Shown one piece after another: positions 39,401 to 51,777 of a DNA stretch of 64,000 bases. Positions within the stretch are counted from its first letter, which is position 1; the number at the start of each line of letters is the position of its first letter. The notes below the pieces were generated by a model, which had not been told where the DNA came from, made no database searches, and saw nothing but the letters and a program-made list of their open reading frames with translations. Made by a program: the position numbers and the translations under genes. The DNA comes from Pavona decussata (taxonomy: Eukaryota), in assembly GCA_977016875.1 (NCBI GenBank), contig CDRNST010000096.1, positions 558,001 through 622,000 of the forward strand. The letters are read 5' to 3'.

Positions 39401-40730
39401 GCAGTCGGCAACAATACTGACGTTTTCGCATCAATGTACAGGGTTGATGTCTGATGAATAGCCCCTTGATCATGACTTGGAGAATAGTAGAAGAATGTTG
39501 GAGTTGGAGTTGGAGAATGTGGCCTGCGGCATTCCTGGCTGACTGGCCACAGTAGGTGTTGCTCTACCATAAATGCTAACATGGTGTCGACCTCCACACT
39601 CCTTGCATCTCAACTTTGACTGACAGTTTTTGCTTAAATGATGTGCCCTCTGGCATACATAGCATTTTCCTTTCTTTCTCAAAATGCTCAAGCGTGTAGG
39701 CACATCTGCTGCTACTGGACAGTCAACTGAGGGGTGTTGATTTCCACAGAAAGAGCATGTTGGGGGCCCCTGGTTAGGCCCATCAGTTGAAGACACTAGT
39801 GTGCCAGCAGTCGGAAGACCCTGACCTCAAGGTTTCTCAGACTCACTCCCCCTTTCGTTTGGTCTGCTCATGAAACTACACCTTTCCCTGGCCTGAACCT
39901 CTTCCTTGAACGATTTTAGCAATTTGTTCAGATGCCAGATTCCGGCTTCAAAGTGTCGAATTATAATGAGTCTCAGTTCCTCAGGCAACTTGTTCATCAT
40001 CACAGGCACCAACAAACTGCCATAGGTGTCAGAGGCTATACCAAGAGCCTCCAGTCCTCTAACATTAGCTGCAACCTTATCAGAAATCATTCTTATTCGC
40101 TTAATGTCAGTGATCACTGTTACAGCTGGCAGTTGTAGAAGGGCTTCCATGTGTGAGCTAATACTTAGCTGCTTGTTTCCAAATCGTTCAGTCAGAATTT
40201 CCACTGCACTTTTATAATTCGACTCAGTCAGTGATAGACCAGATACTGAAGCTAGAACTGCACCTTCCAATAAACTTCGCAGATAATTGAACTTATCAAC
40301 TTCGTTCAACGATGCATTCGTATGAACGGCAGAACTGAAGGAGTCCCAAAACGACTGCCACCCCTTAGGATCACCAGAGTACCTTTTAATAAACAGTTTG
40401 GGCAATTTCGCACTGGAATTTCGCACTCGTAATGGCACGGACCTACCTGAAGATCCCTGGCGCTGTTCCTTTGCTTTGGCTTCTTCGGGCTTCAGAATTT
40501 TTTCGGCCATGCGGATGGTATCTGTAATATGACGTTCAAATTCGCTCGTTTCCTCAATTTCCTTTTCCAAATTGGAAGACCTTTCATTACACAACAGTTC
40601 CGAAATACAGCTGTCAAGATTCTTGAGGCTATCAGCTTTCTCTTTTAGCAGTGAAACGTTTGATTGAAGTATTTCCATTGACGATGGATCAGAGGTTTCC
40701 AAGATTCCTTCGGTTCACCTCGCGGATTTG
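36456..40730 (-). mobile_element. BEL/Pao retrotransposon internal region (gag-PR-RT-RH), degenerate, no LTRs
   Basis: DUF1759-like gag (KLPKL..WQSFWDSF..DKFNYL), Cys/His knuckles, protease LGSCSQRSY, YLPHHAV..KLRVVYDAS, ADIEQAF, YVDD, LHGFSDAS, DNPAD; many stops. Confidence 0.9.
39311..39425. repeat. 58-bp tandem duplication that frameshifts BEL gag-pol
   Basis: TGTCAAGACCTGTTCCTGAGACCTCAGCTTGAGCAGTCGGCAACAATACTGACGTTT at 39311 and 39369. Confidence 0.9.
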
Positions 40731-40734
40731 TCAC

Positions 40735-41780
40735 TTCTTTTTTTTTTATTTTATGTTATTTTTTTTTATTTATATCACTTTCAATTTCAAACTACATACA
40801 CCACTACAACAGTACGGTACTTACAATACAAACCCTTACAATACTTACTGTTTACTTATATGAAAAAAAAACATACAGCTAAATTCCTGTAATTACAATA
40901 AGGATTACTTACCCTACCAAAAAAAAGACACACACATATATATATACACACATATGCATGTATATCCGCTATATAAAAGGGGGCGGGGATGTATGTGACA
41001 TTCTAGTTAAAAAAAGGCTTCCAACTCAAAATGAAAAAAAAAAAGAAAAATATTTTCCCTGCTTATTCACTGAAATTTAGCTTTATAAACTTTGGATATT
41101 GAAGCGCGGAAATAGAAAGGCAATGTCTGGTTGGAAGGAAAGTGTAAAAAAAGAGAGAGAGACTTTATACTGGTAAAAGGTTACTAAAGAGAGAAAGGTT
41201 CAATTTCTTTCTTATATTGTTTCCAAAAAAGCTTGAAATTTTCAGTATTTGGAATATTTCCTTTGCTTCTGCAAAGCCAAATGTAGAGTCTCGCAAGTAA
41301 CAGGACATAGTTTATTGCAGCTTTATTTTTGGAATTATCATGCTTCAGACCCAAGACGACAAGATTGTTCAGAAGGTAGTCCTCGGATAAAAAGTTACGA
41401 TCCTTTAGAGAAGCAATAAGGTACTTCCAAAAAAGTGCTATTTTGCTGCAGAACCAGAAAAGATGCATGAAATTTTCAGCTTCCTCGTGGCAAAATGTAC
41501 ACCTAATGTCATTATTGTATCCCATTTTGACTAAAGATAAGTTTGTTGCCAAAGTTTGATGAAGGAATCTAAAATGAAATTCAATCAGTTTGTTGCTTTT
41601 GGTACATTTAATAGCAGTCATGTATGTGTTATGCCAGATTAAATCATGAGCTTCTGGGAAAACCTTACTCCATTTTTCCTGACTAGAAATTTTATGGTTA
41701 CCTTTTGCTTCTACCAGTTTTTGATAAGCTAGCCTGCTGGGCTTTTTTTTATTTTAAAAAGGCGGTTGTGAAAGACTCTT
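40735..41780 (-). mobile_element. Second L1/Tx1-like LINE 3' end (zf-RVT, A-rich tail)
   Basis: ORF 41184-41621 CTFCHEEAENFMHLFWFC; T-rich tail 40735-40770 abuts the BEL gag. Confidence 0.8.
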
Positions 41781-42179
41781 GTTCTTTACAATTTGGTGGT
41801 ATTCTATGAGGTTTTTGATTTTTCCAAAGCCCTCGGAGGGTAGATGTCATTCCATAGAGTGTCAAATTCGCTTCTTAGAGAGTTCGTCTTGGATCTGTTT
41901 CTGCTTTGTCTTCGATGATTCAGACGTTTCTCATCCGGCTCAAAAGGACCATATAAAGAATTCAGAGCTCTATCTCAAAGGACTGTAATTTTGTCAGAAT
42001 CGTTCAGAATATCTCTGCATGTGTTTTGAGTCAGAATCAAAGTCTTTACGCGTGCTTGCGCGCCAGAATACACTTCATGTAAATCTCAACAATAAGTCGC
42101 AATTTCCTACAAACTTATTTCCAAAATTTTCTTACTCACATTGCTTAAAATTATACAAAAAAGGGGTTCTTAAAGCTAC

Positions 42180-43765
42180 AGTCAGATCTTCGATAAGGAC
42201 TTTGAGGATTAGTATTCTGCCGTCTTCACTTTGTAATATAGTTTCAGTAGAAACATGTAATCTGGGATTGAAAAGAACAGCGACACCTTTGCTATGTTTA
42301 CTTCCATGACTAAAAAACATTTTGGAGCCCCAGATTTTTTCTTGATTGGGGGAACTATAAGTTTCCTGCAGAAAAATGACAGAGGCTCTCCTATTATGTA
42401 ATTGTCTGAAAATAGCTCTTCTCTTTCTGGAAGCGTTTAAACCTCTTCCATTAAGTGTAACAAAACTCAATTTATGCATTATACAAAGGATAAATTGATC
42501 AACCTATATTTGAAAGTTTAGATTGCAAAACTTGCTATTCCATGTGTATCGCCCGCAAAACAAACATAAACTACTAAAACAACTAACGGTTTACCTCCAA
42601 CGAGGTGTGATCTAATTGTAGACGCTGCCGTGCAGAGTTCCAACAACTTTGTGATGGATATTTGAGGTTCTGCTGAGCTTGGACAAAACAAATATACACT
42701 ACTATTCTTTCTTCATATTTGTGCATTTCGTCAGCTTCTAGTCACTGAAACTTATATCGAGTCCAAAATGAAATATTATTTTGGTTTGCTGTCACCACAC
42801 TCCTACCTGTGTTTGGTTTCGTTATCTTTCTCCATCTCTTCTTTCAATCGCTGTAGCTCTTTCTCTGGGATAACTTTCGCTTTTCTGTTGCTGTCAATGC
42901 ATTTCAAAATAGCAGGATACAGGATGAAAACTTTAGAGCCTGCACCAAGCTTCTTCTGTAGATATTTCTTTACCGGGGTAATCACTTTTCGTTCCTCTTG
43001 GGTTTTCTTTCCAAAATCTTCACTTATGTCGATGAGCTTCCCGCCCAGTGGGTTGTCCTTTAATCTGAGAGTGGCATTTGAGAGCACTTTCATTTTATCA
43101 GAGTAGTGCAGGAAGGCCACGTTGTTTACCTCCGTTGTTTTTCCGTAGCTTCGTTGGCGTTCATGTGCTCGCTCAATTTCCACCTCCCCACAGAGCATTT
43201 CCAAACCCATATGCGTTGATACAAAATTCTCAATAAAGCCTATGCAATCGTCTCCTTCAGCTTTCTCTGGCACATTATAAAACACAAGATTGTTCCTCCG
43301 TGATCTATTACGCAGTTCTTTGACCTCTTCTGGTGCTTCAACCTTGCTTTTATCGGCTTTCTGCTTGGCAGCCATGTTTGCATCTTCAACATCTTTCTTG
43401 ATAGAATTCAAGCCAATTTCAATTTCGGCAAAAGTATCTTTGAGCTCTTTCGATTCAGTTTCAATTTTCTTTACCCTCTCGTGATTTTGATCCAGCAAGT
43501 CGAGCTTCTCTAGTTTCTCAAGGATAGATTTCATCATGGTGTTGCCCGCTTGGTCGCACGCGTACATCCCTTCTTCATCTTTGCTGTTTGGTACGCGAAA
43601 GCGCTTTGCGCTTGGTTCCTTTGAGCTCATTAGGCTTGGGCTTAAAGTTTTTAAACTTTTGCGTTATACTAGTCTGAAGACAGTGACAAAATTAGCTTAT
43701 AAGCGTTGTTTCGCCAGAGCTCAAGCAGAATACGTCTAATCAATCTGGCCACCTATGCAAATTAG
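42180..43765 (-). mobile_element. L1/Tx1-like LINE 5' part: ORF1 and start of the APE endonuclease
   Basis: ORF1 42803-43630 (coiled coil, RNRSRRNNLVFYNVPE, IERAH, ISEDF); ORF2 start 42479 (TLNGRGL, FLQETYS, SKGVAVLF); TGATTTTGTAAAAC at 43766-43779. Confidence 0.85.
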
Positions 43766-44539
43766 TGATTTTGTAAAACTTATAGTCTCAAGTCGAGTGC
43801 TAAATTGATTAGTTCTCTAGGTTTGCAATGGCTGTATTTGAATCATAGCGTAGTGAAAGTTGCGTTAAGTGTTTAGAGCAGTTGAGAAAAGTGTTTTTTC
43901 TCAAGTTCGCCGAAGAAGCTCACGTGTTTAATTTAGCCACATCTTGCTTGTTGTAAAGAACAAAATCTTATCAGAGTTTCGCCCAGTTTTCTGATTTACC
44001 CGCTCTTTTTTTCATCTTATGTTTGCATACAATTTCAAAATGTATTTTTTCATTCAAGAATTATTGATTGGAGGCCGAAAACTGTGTGAAAATGTTTATT
44101 ATTTACACCACCGTTTGATCGGCTGAAAATGGCGAGTTTGCCGGATTCTATTAAAATCTTCCTGCATTTGCGAAAATCTAAGTTTCTCGTACTTAATAAT
44201 TGTATACTCCCTGTAAGCCATTACAAAGTTAGAACCTTAAAAACAATTTAGGATTCCTTGTTTTCTATAATTACATGCTAATCCAAAACTGCACTGAAAA
44301 TATATCTTATAGGGCCGGCTGTGAAGAATTTCTAAAAAGCCATATAATATAACGCCATATAATAAATCCTTTATTGACCAAGCTTGTTCGGTCAAGATGG
44401 CTGGATCGTTCTTTTTTTTTGCGTTATTATGGAACTCGACTTTGTCTTCGTCCGCAAAAATGCAAAAGAAGAACTTGGCCAATATCCAGCCATCTTGACC
44501 TCACGCTTGGTCAACAACGCATATTTATTCTTACAGTAG

Positions 44540-45320
44540 GAAGTATTTCATTACCAACTTTTATCCACTTTCTTGTTTCAAGATCGCCATGGTGACACTT
44601 TGCATTCAATGGATCAGGATGATTCTCATACTTGTTGCAAACATGGCACAAGAATGATTTCCACTGTACAATCAGTGCTTCAAAACCAGCTGCGGTTGAC
44701 GTTGCACACCAGTAAATGTCTTTGAATGGCCTTCATCCTTAAAAATTCCACATACTTTTTCGTTGCTCAAAACTGGTAACAGATCTGGCTATTTGCCAAA
44801 TATCAAAGTAATGGTTTTCTGTTAACACAGTTCTCACAAATCCACTTTGCAATTCCTCGAGTGGCGATCGGACACAAATACAGCAACTGACAAGCCAAGT
44901 GTTTTTAAATATGCAAAGCACCTCTTTGCCCCCTCTAACTCTGGTTGTGGCCACCTCCTGTTTCATTAGCCTAGAAAAGGAAAACACAGAAATATTAGTT
45001 ATCAGTCACACATCTACAAAAATGACCTGAATTGTTTTCCATTTCAGAATTCAACTCTAATATGTATTGTACAATAAATTAATAATGAAGTTTAATGCTG
45101 TCTGTTGAAATTCATTATGTTAACTTTGATATACTTGTGTTTACTACTATTAACCATGCCTCAATCCACAAGAATGTGCAGCCTCAGGTGATCAAAACAC
45201 ATTGTGCACATTGCTGGGGACAATTTTACTTCTCAACAACATCTTGTCTGAGTAACCAGCAGCAGAAACGTAACCTCAGAGAGAGGTTATTTACACAACT
45301 CAACACATAAGGAGATTACG
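44540..45320 (-). pseudogene. DNA-transposase remnant (Kolobok/Mutator-like D-x2-H family)
   Basis: Broken frames LEGAKRCFAYL..VFVSDRH, HYFDIWQIARSV and KCHHGDL. Confidence 0.5.
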
Positions 45321-45399
45321 TTATTAGTTGAACTAATTCAAAATTAACAACTTTTTTTATAGTAGTTGGGTAGAGCAATGTATACACACTATATTTTGC

Positions 45400-46402
45400 A
45401 GAATGTCCCATGGAATCAAATCAGCGGCCTTTGCATTTCTGCCTGAATGAACAGCAGAGATGCGAGCAACTGGTGTTGCTAGGTTGCTAAGTTTCTCTTA
45501 ATTGTAGTTTGCTACACTTGCTTTGTCGAAAAATAACCGTGGCGCATCTTTGAAGTTGTCCATGTTGATGGACTTTGGTGTACGTTCACAAAGTTTTTGC
45601 CAGTCGTATTGCATTCTCTGGCCATTTCGCATACGCATAAGGAGTTCTCGGAAAACTTCAGCCTGTGGATTGTTTCCTGCCATAGCATCACAACTGTTTT
45701 GAAAAGAGCATATATTGAATAACAATGTTGACCTAGAATTGAACTGGGCGATGTGGCATAAATAGGCTTGTCTCCAACAGGTGGCAATTGTGCGAAATCT
45801 CCAAGCAAGATCATTGAAATTTCTCCAAGTGGTTCATTAAGTTTACCTGTAGCCTGTCGCAGATGCTTATCGACCTAAGCCAATGTCCTCTGTCCGAGCA
45901 TAGACATCGCATCAGTAATAAGGTAATGCTTGCCAGTGAAGCGAAGTTGTAATCGTTGTAGTGTTTGTCCTTGCAAGTCAGAATTGTTGTGGTTATGCAC
46001 TGGCAGCTGCAATGCAGAGTAATGTGCAACCCTGAATGTTGTATCCAGCAATTCCAGTAGTCCCTGTTAGTTTACACTTATCTCCTAGAATGGTCATCAA
46101 TGCATTGATTAAAAATGACTTGCCTGATCCTTCTGTTCCTGTAATTGTCATGCAAAGAGGCTCATTTGGTGCCTCACTTATGAGAGCTTCATGATGCATA
46201 GCCACTATGTTGTAAGCAAGGCGCTCATCTACATTTAGTTGTTCTGGATTAACAGGCTGGTCCTGTCTCCTGTGTACAACAGTTGGGTCTTCATGTGCTT
46301 CATTTCTCCTTTTTGTGATCCAATTTGCAGATTCATGAACTAAACCAGGAGGCATTGTCCTTCCTGCTGTCGTCCAGTCAAAGTGGAAGTTTTGCTGAGT
46401 GG
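45400..46402 (-). pseudogene. PIF1-family helicase remnant (Helitron-like), split by the Gypsy; upstream part ~58567-58830
   Basis: Walker A GTEGSGKS, TGTTGIAGYNI.G.TL, GDFAQLPPV, FRELLMRMRNG. Confidence 0.75.
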
Positions 46403-46600
46403 TGTAGTGTTCAAGCATGATTATGCACCATTTGTCCAATCAGGATAAAGCTATTATGATTGTAATATATTCATAAGCGAGGTGCAAGTTAACGGTCGAG
46501 TTGTTGTCATGTAATGTTCTGTGTGTGTGGATGAATTAAAATACTGATCTTAGATGCTGGCGGTCCGTTTTCATTTGAGAACTTGTACCAGCGTTCTACA
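46403..46600 (+). repeat. 5' LTR
   Basis: TGTAGTG...TTCTACA; 196/198 identical to the 3' LTR by eye. Confidence 0.97.
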
Positions 46601-46601
46601 T

Positions 46602-46614
46602 TGGCGACGAGGAT
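46602..46614 (+). promoter_or_regulatory. Primer-binding site, complementary to the tRNA-Ser(GCT) 3' end
   Basis: TGGCGACGAGGAT directly after the 5' LTR. Confidence 0.8.
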
Positions 46615-46677
46615 TTTTAATTCAAGGATTAATTCGAGAATCGACGGGTCATTAATTTAACGGTAAAGCAGTTAAAG

Positions 46678-49606
46678 ATGCCGGGTGGTGAATCGGAATC
46701 AAGTAGCAGAACGGAGTCGAGTGGTTCGGTGATGGTTTCGTTAGATGTGGGTTCGTTGGCGGCATTTGATACGAAAGGTGATCCGCACGGTTTGAGTCAA
46801 CGGTGGAGAAAGTGGAAGCGTTCATTCAAGTTATATCTTACCGGTAAGGGAGTTACGGACGACGCGCAAAAACGAGCTCTATTGTTGCATGCGGCGGGTG
46901 TTGACGTCCAAGAAATATATTTCACACTGGTCAGCGAGGACGAGATTACCACTTTCGAGGCCACGATGAAAGTGCTGGATGATTATTTTATCCCAAAGGC
47001 AAACATTCCTTTTGAGAGACATTTGTTCAGACAGATTGCACAGGAAATGAGCGAAACGGTTGATCAGTTCGTTTGCAGACTTCGCCAACGCGCAGCTAGC
47101 TGTGATTTCGGGGATAATGAGGACGACTATATTCGCGATCAAGTCATGGATAGGTGTCATTCGAGTGTTATCCGTCGCAAGTTTTTGGAAAAGGAGGGAG
47201 CGGTGAGTTTAGACGATTTGTTAAGGATTGCGAGGTCACAAGAGGCGGTCGATCGCCAGATGAAGGTGATGGGAACAAACGCGAGCGCCAATCAAGTGAA
47301 TGCAGTCGGTGGAAAGTCGAATATGAATAAACATTCTGCTAGAGTCAAGATATGTTTTGGTTGTGGTCAAGATGGTCATTTTCGTGGAGACAAGAAGTGT
47401 CCCGCGCGCGATCAAGCTTGTCAAAGGTGTGGTGGTATTGGGCATTTCATGGTTAGATGTCCACAGCTTCAAGGTCGTACTAGGGGTGAGTTTAGAGGTT
47501 CTACAAGTGGAGGCCCAGGTGTTACCGGTCGGGCCAGAGGTGCGGCTAGTGGAGGCGGAGGTCAAACCCGTGGAGGTAGAAGTACTGCTGGTGGAGGAAG
47601 ATTTAGACCTGGTAGAACGAGAGAAACAAACCAAGTGGTTGGCGGAGATGATGGTGAACAATTTACCGGACCAGTTCAGCAGAGTCCTGAGTATGCATTC
47701 TTGGTAGAACAATGCATCGACCAAGTGAAACAAGATAGTGGTTTGGTAACTCTGATCATCAGAGGAGTGGATTTAGTGGATGTCCTTATCGATTCAGGGG
47801 CTACTTGCAATGTGGTGAGTCAGCAAACCTGGGACTCGTTGAAGCAGAGAGGAATCAGGTGCGAGTCTCGCAAGTCAGCTAAGGCACTTTTTGCTTATGG
47901 TGGCACAGAACCATTACCAACTCTGGGCACTTTCACTGCAGATGTTATGCTCTCGGGCAGCAGTAATGGTTGTACGGCTGACTTCGTGGTTGTCAAGGGC
48001 AACGGGCGAACGCTGCTAGGTCGTGGAACGGCAGAGAAGCTTGGTGTCTTGCACATTGGTCCTTTCCAGGCAAACAATTTGAGCGGGCGAGCGGAGTGCG
48101 ACATCTGTGAGAGATACAGCAGTTTGTTTTCAGGCGTTGGTCTCTTAAAGGAGTATGAGCTGAAATTGCACACTGACGACACTGTGAGGCCTGTAGCACA
48201 GCATGTGCGTAGAATTCCGTTCGGGTTGCAGGAAAAGGTCGATAAGAAGCTTGACGAACTACTGGAGCTGGACATAATAGAAGAAGTACCAGAGGGGCCG
48301 TCTGGATGGGTTTCACCTTTGGTAGTTGTGCCTAAAGGAGACGGAGACGTGAGGGTCTGCGTGGACATGCGCCATGCAAATGAGGCGATTGTTCAAGAAC
48401 TGCATCCGATCCCAACGGTGGAGGAGCTTCTGCATGATTTAAACGGAAGTACCGTCTTCAGCAAAATTGATCTCAAGTGGGGTTTTCATCAGATTCTGCT
48501 CAGTGAAGAGAGTCGACACGTCACAACGTTTGTCACGCATCGCGGGCTTTACCGATACAAGCGGTTAATGTTTGGTGTGACATCAGCACCGGAGAAATAC
48601 CAACAAATTATCCGTGATGTTTTGAAGGGTTGTGCGGGAGTTGCGAACATTGCTGATGATCTCATTGTTCATGGCAAGGACATGGAGGAGCATGATGTAC
48701 GTTTGTTAGCAGTGCTTGGCAGGCTGAGTGAAGTGGGGCTGACTGTGAATAAAGACAAGTGCCAGTTTAGACTGACAAAGCTCACGTTCTTCGGTCATGA
48801 ACTGACAAGTAACGGGGTTAATCCAAGTGAAGAGAAAGTGGCTGCTATTAGAGACGCAAGACCTCCCAAGGACGCAAGTGAAGTTCGGTCTTTCATGGGT
48901 TTGGTCCAGTATTCAGCGAAGTTCATGCCAGACTTAGCATCCATAGCCAAGCCCATTCAGGAGTTGACCAGGAAGGGCGTTACGTTCAAGTGGGGTGCGG
49001 AACAGCTGAGATCATTTCAAGAGTTGAAGAAGCTGATTACACAAGCCGAGACACTGGCTTATTATCAGGTGGGCTGCAGGACAAGGATTGTTGCTGATGC
49101 GTCCCCAGTGGGGTTAGGGGCAGTTCTGACGCAACAGCAGGGAGGCGTGTGGAGAGTCATTTCCTATGCGTCCAGAAGCTTGTCTGATGTGGAATGTCGT
49201 TACGGTCAGACTGAAAAGGAAGCACTCGCATTGGTCTGGGCGTGCGAACGATTTAGCATGTACGTTACTGGTGAAACTTTTGAACTGGAAACAGATCACA
49301 AACCCTTAGAGCGCATATATTCGCGCACGTCAAAGCCTTGCGCCCGAATTGAGAGATGGGTGTTGCGCTTACAAGGATTCAACTTTACAGTGGTGTACTG
49401 ACCAGGAAAGACTAACATCGCTGATGCCTTATCCAGGTTAAACTCTGTGGAATCGTCTGACGGTGGCGGAAAGTACGACTTCGTCAAAACCATCGTAGAG
49501 AACAGTTTGCCTGTTGCTTTGTCACCGAGAGAAATTGAGGAGGCGTCCTACAAGGATGAGGAACTATGTCAAGTGAAGAACTGTGTACGTTTTGGTAACT
49601 GGAAAC
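46678..49606 (+). pseudogene. Gypsy gag-pol, 5' part (gag, two zinc knuckles, protease, RT, RNase H)
   Basis: 907-aa ORF with CFGC..H..C, CQRC..H..C, LIDSGA, IADDL, ADAS, EKEALA and TDHKPL; TGA at 49399 interrupts Y(R)PGKTNIADALSR; the frame continues to 49606. Confidence 0.93.
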
Positions 49607-50806
49607 CATAGCGTAGAATGGCTATTGTTCTTGTGACATTTACTTCCAGTTATATAGGTCTGTCATGACGCTTGTTATTATTCATAGATGCTCAAAAGGA
49701 GTGTATTCATTGGTTGTTATGAATGCGCGGTGATGCTCATTAGTCTGATGGAGGCGGCAAACTAAACAATGCAACCAGTGCACTATTGTTACCCTTTGTT
49801 TCGATGACCACAAACCGCTTTGAATAAACTCAGCCCACTGCTTTTGTTTTCTCGTTTGTTCTGCGACTGAGCCGCACACCGATGTATAATTATAAGTTTT
49901 CCCTTTCGTTACATTGAAAGTGAACTTAAGACTCCCCAACACTAGAAACAAAGCGCATTTTATAGTGCAGTAAATAAATTCGTTATTTTGCTGTAAGCAG
50001 TTTGCGCGCGCGGAAGCGACCAAGAAGTATAAATAACTCTTTCGATTCTGTTTTCAGATCTTTGTGACTTTCGTGTTACCAAAACAGCTGGTAATTTAAC
50101 GACAGTTGCCATATGCACGAACGCACAATCAGTATCGCTATCCCGATAGTCGATTTGATCTCGGCGAATCCAATCAAATTGTTTAATCGAACCCAAGCGA
50201 ACACCAATCTTTCCGGTACCGAACGGTCGATTATCAAGCTCAACGTTGGATTACCGAACGATCAAGATCACTCACAGTAAACAAAATATTCCATTTTGTT
50301 TTTTTTACCGAACGGAAACGAACACCAAAGATTAAAGAAATCTTAAAGGTTTTATGAAACTAATTCACCAGTGTTCCCGCCAAAACAACCTGAGCCAGCC
50401 AGCACCAAGGGCCAGTGTGGTTAGACTATGATCATGCGCGTATTTGCTCAACAAAATGGCGAAGCATTGAAGACCATATTTACTGTAATGTCCGTTCGCA
50501 TTTTTTTTTAAAGTAGTGGATACGTGTTTACAATCGATCGAGTTATGTCTGCAAAGGTAAGACCAAGCATTCAACTTCTTGGTTTCAATGTAGTATTCAC
50601 TTTTACCTATTACTTGGCTCACTGATCGATTCAAAATGATACTGTAATTAGCAAGCCGAAAGCCCACCATCTGAGATGTTTACTAGAGCAGTGTTCACTT
50701 GACTAGCGAAAGTAATTTGCGTTTTTAATTTAAAACTACTCTATCTCCCACAGTTATCCCTGCTGTACCTGGGCTCTAGAAGTAAACCACACATTTTTTT
50801 TCAGTT

Positions 50807-51777
50807 AATGAATATTTATTTAACTTAAACTTATATGTTACATGTTTACTTGCCAAGTGGCATTACCACTTAAATGAGAAACATACTACAGTACTATTAA
50901 ATTTTGCTTCTGAGCATTAAAAAATATAACCTGAGTTTTCTTAATAAATTTTAAAAGTAATTAAATTTCATGCCCTGCTATCTAAACATGTTTCTTATTC
51001 TTACTTAAAAATAATAAACTATATACATGACATTTTACTTTGAGTCCATACTTTATATGTGGCTTTACAAGCTTCCAATTTGAAATAAACAGTACAAAAA
51101 AATTTTGCATGCAAGCACAGAAATTCCATGTTGATGTTGATAAATAAATTCTGAAAAATATCAAATACTGCATTCTGCTACTATTATGTGTTTCTTATTC
51201 TTACTTGGAAATTGATAAACTATTTTAAAAATCACTGTTAGGTATATGGGATGTTTGTTAATCTTCTCTGAGCTGTGTTTGTGTCGAAATGACTATTTAT
51301 TTAACTTAAACTTATATTTTACATGTTTACTTGCCAAGTGGCATTACCACTGTCAAATGAGAAACATACTACAATACTATTAAATTTTGCTTCTGAGCAT
51401 TAAAAAATATAACCTGAGTTTTCTTAATAAATTTTAAAAGTAACTAAATTTCATGCCCTGCTATCTAAACATGTTTCTTATTCTCACTTAAAAATAAATT
51501 AAACTATATACATGACATTTTACTTTGAGTCCATACTTTATATGGGGCTTTACAAGCTTCAAATTTGAAATAAACAGTACAAATAAATTTTGCATACAAG
51601 CACAAAAAATTCCATGTTGATATTAATAAATAAATTCTGAAAAAATATCAAATATTGCATTCTGCTACTATTATGTGTTTCTTATTCTTACTTGGAAATT
51701 GATCAACTATTTTAAAAATCACTGTTAGGTATATGGGATGTTTGTTAATCCTCTCTGAGCTGTGTTTGTGTCGAAAT
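50807..51777. repeat. ~481-bp tandem duplication of the transposase 3' end and 3' UTR
   Basis: AATGA.TATTTATTTAACTTAAACTTATA.. at 50807 and 51288; both copies end CTCTGAGCTGTGTTTGTGTCGAAAT. Confidence 0.92.

Noticed and set aside
45993-46439. Start codon of the 148-aa helicase ORF
   Set aside because: The first ~12 codons come from the Gypsy LTR; the real frame is interrupted at 46402.
50140-50330. CRISPR-like array of CGAAC repeats
   Set aside because: Repeats are short, irregular and degenerate, there are no cas genes, and the context is eukaryotic.
49660-51745. RAG2-like gene, i.e. a full ProtoRAG call
   Set aside because: No kelch-repeat or PHD-like coding sequence is visible, and the ends are CATAG rather than CAC.
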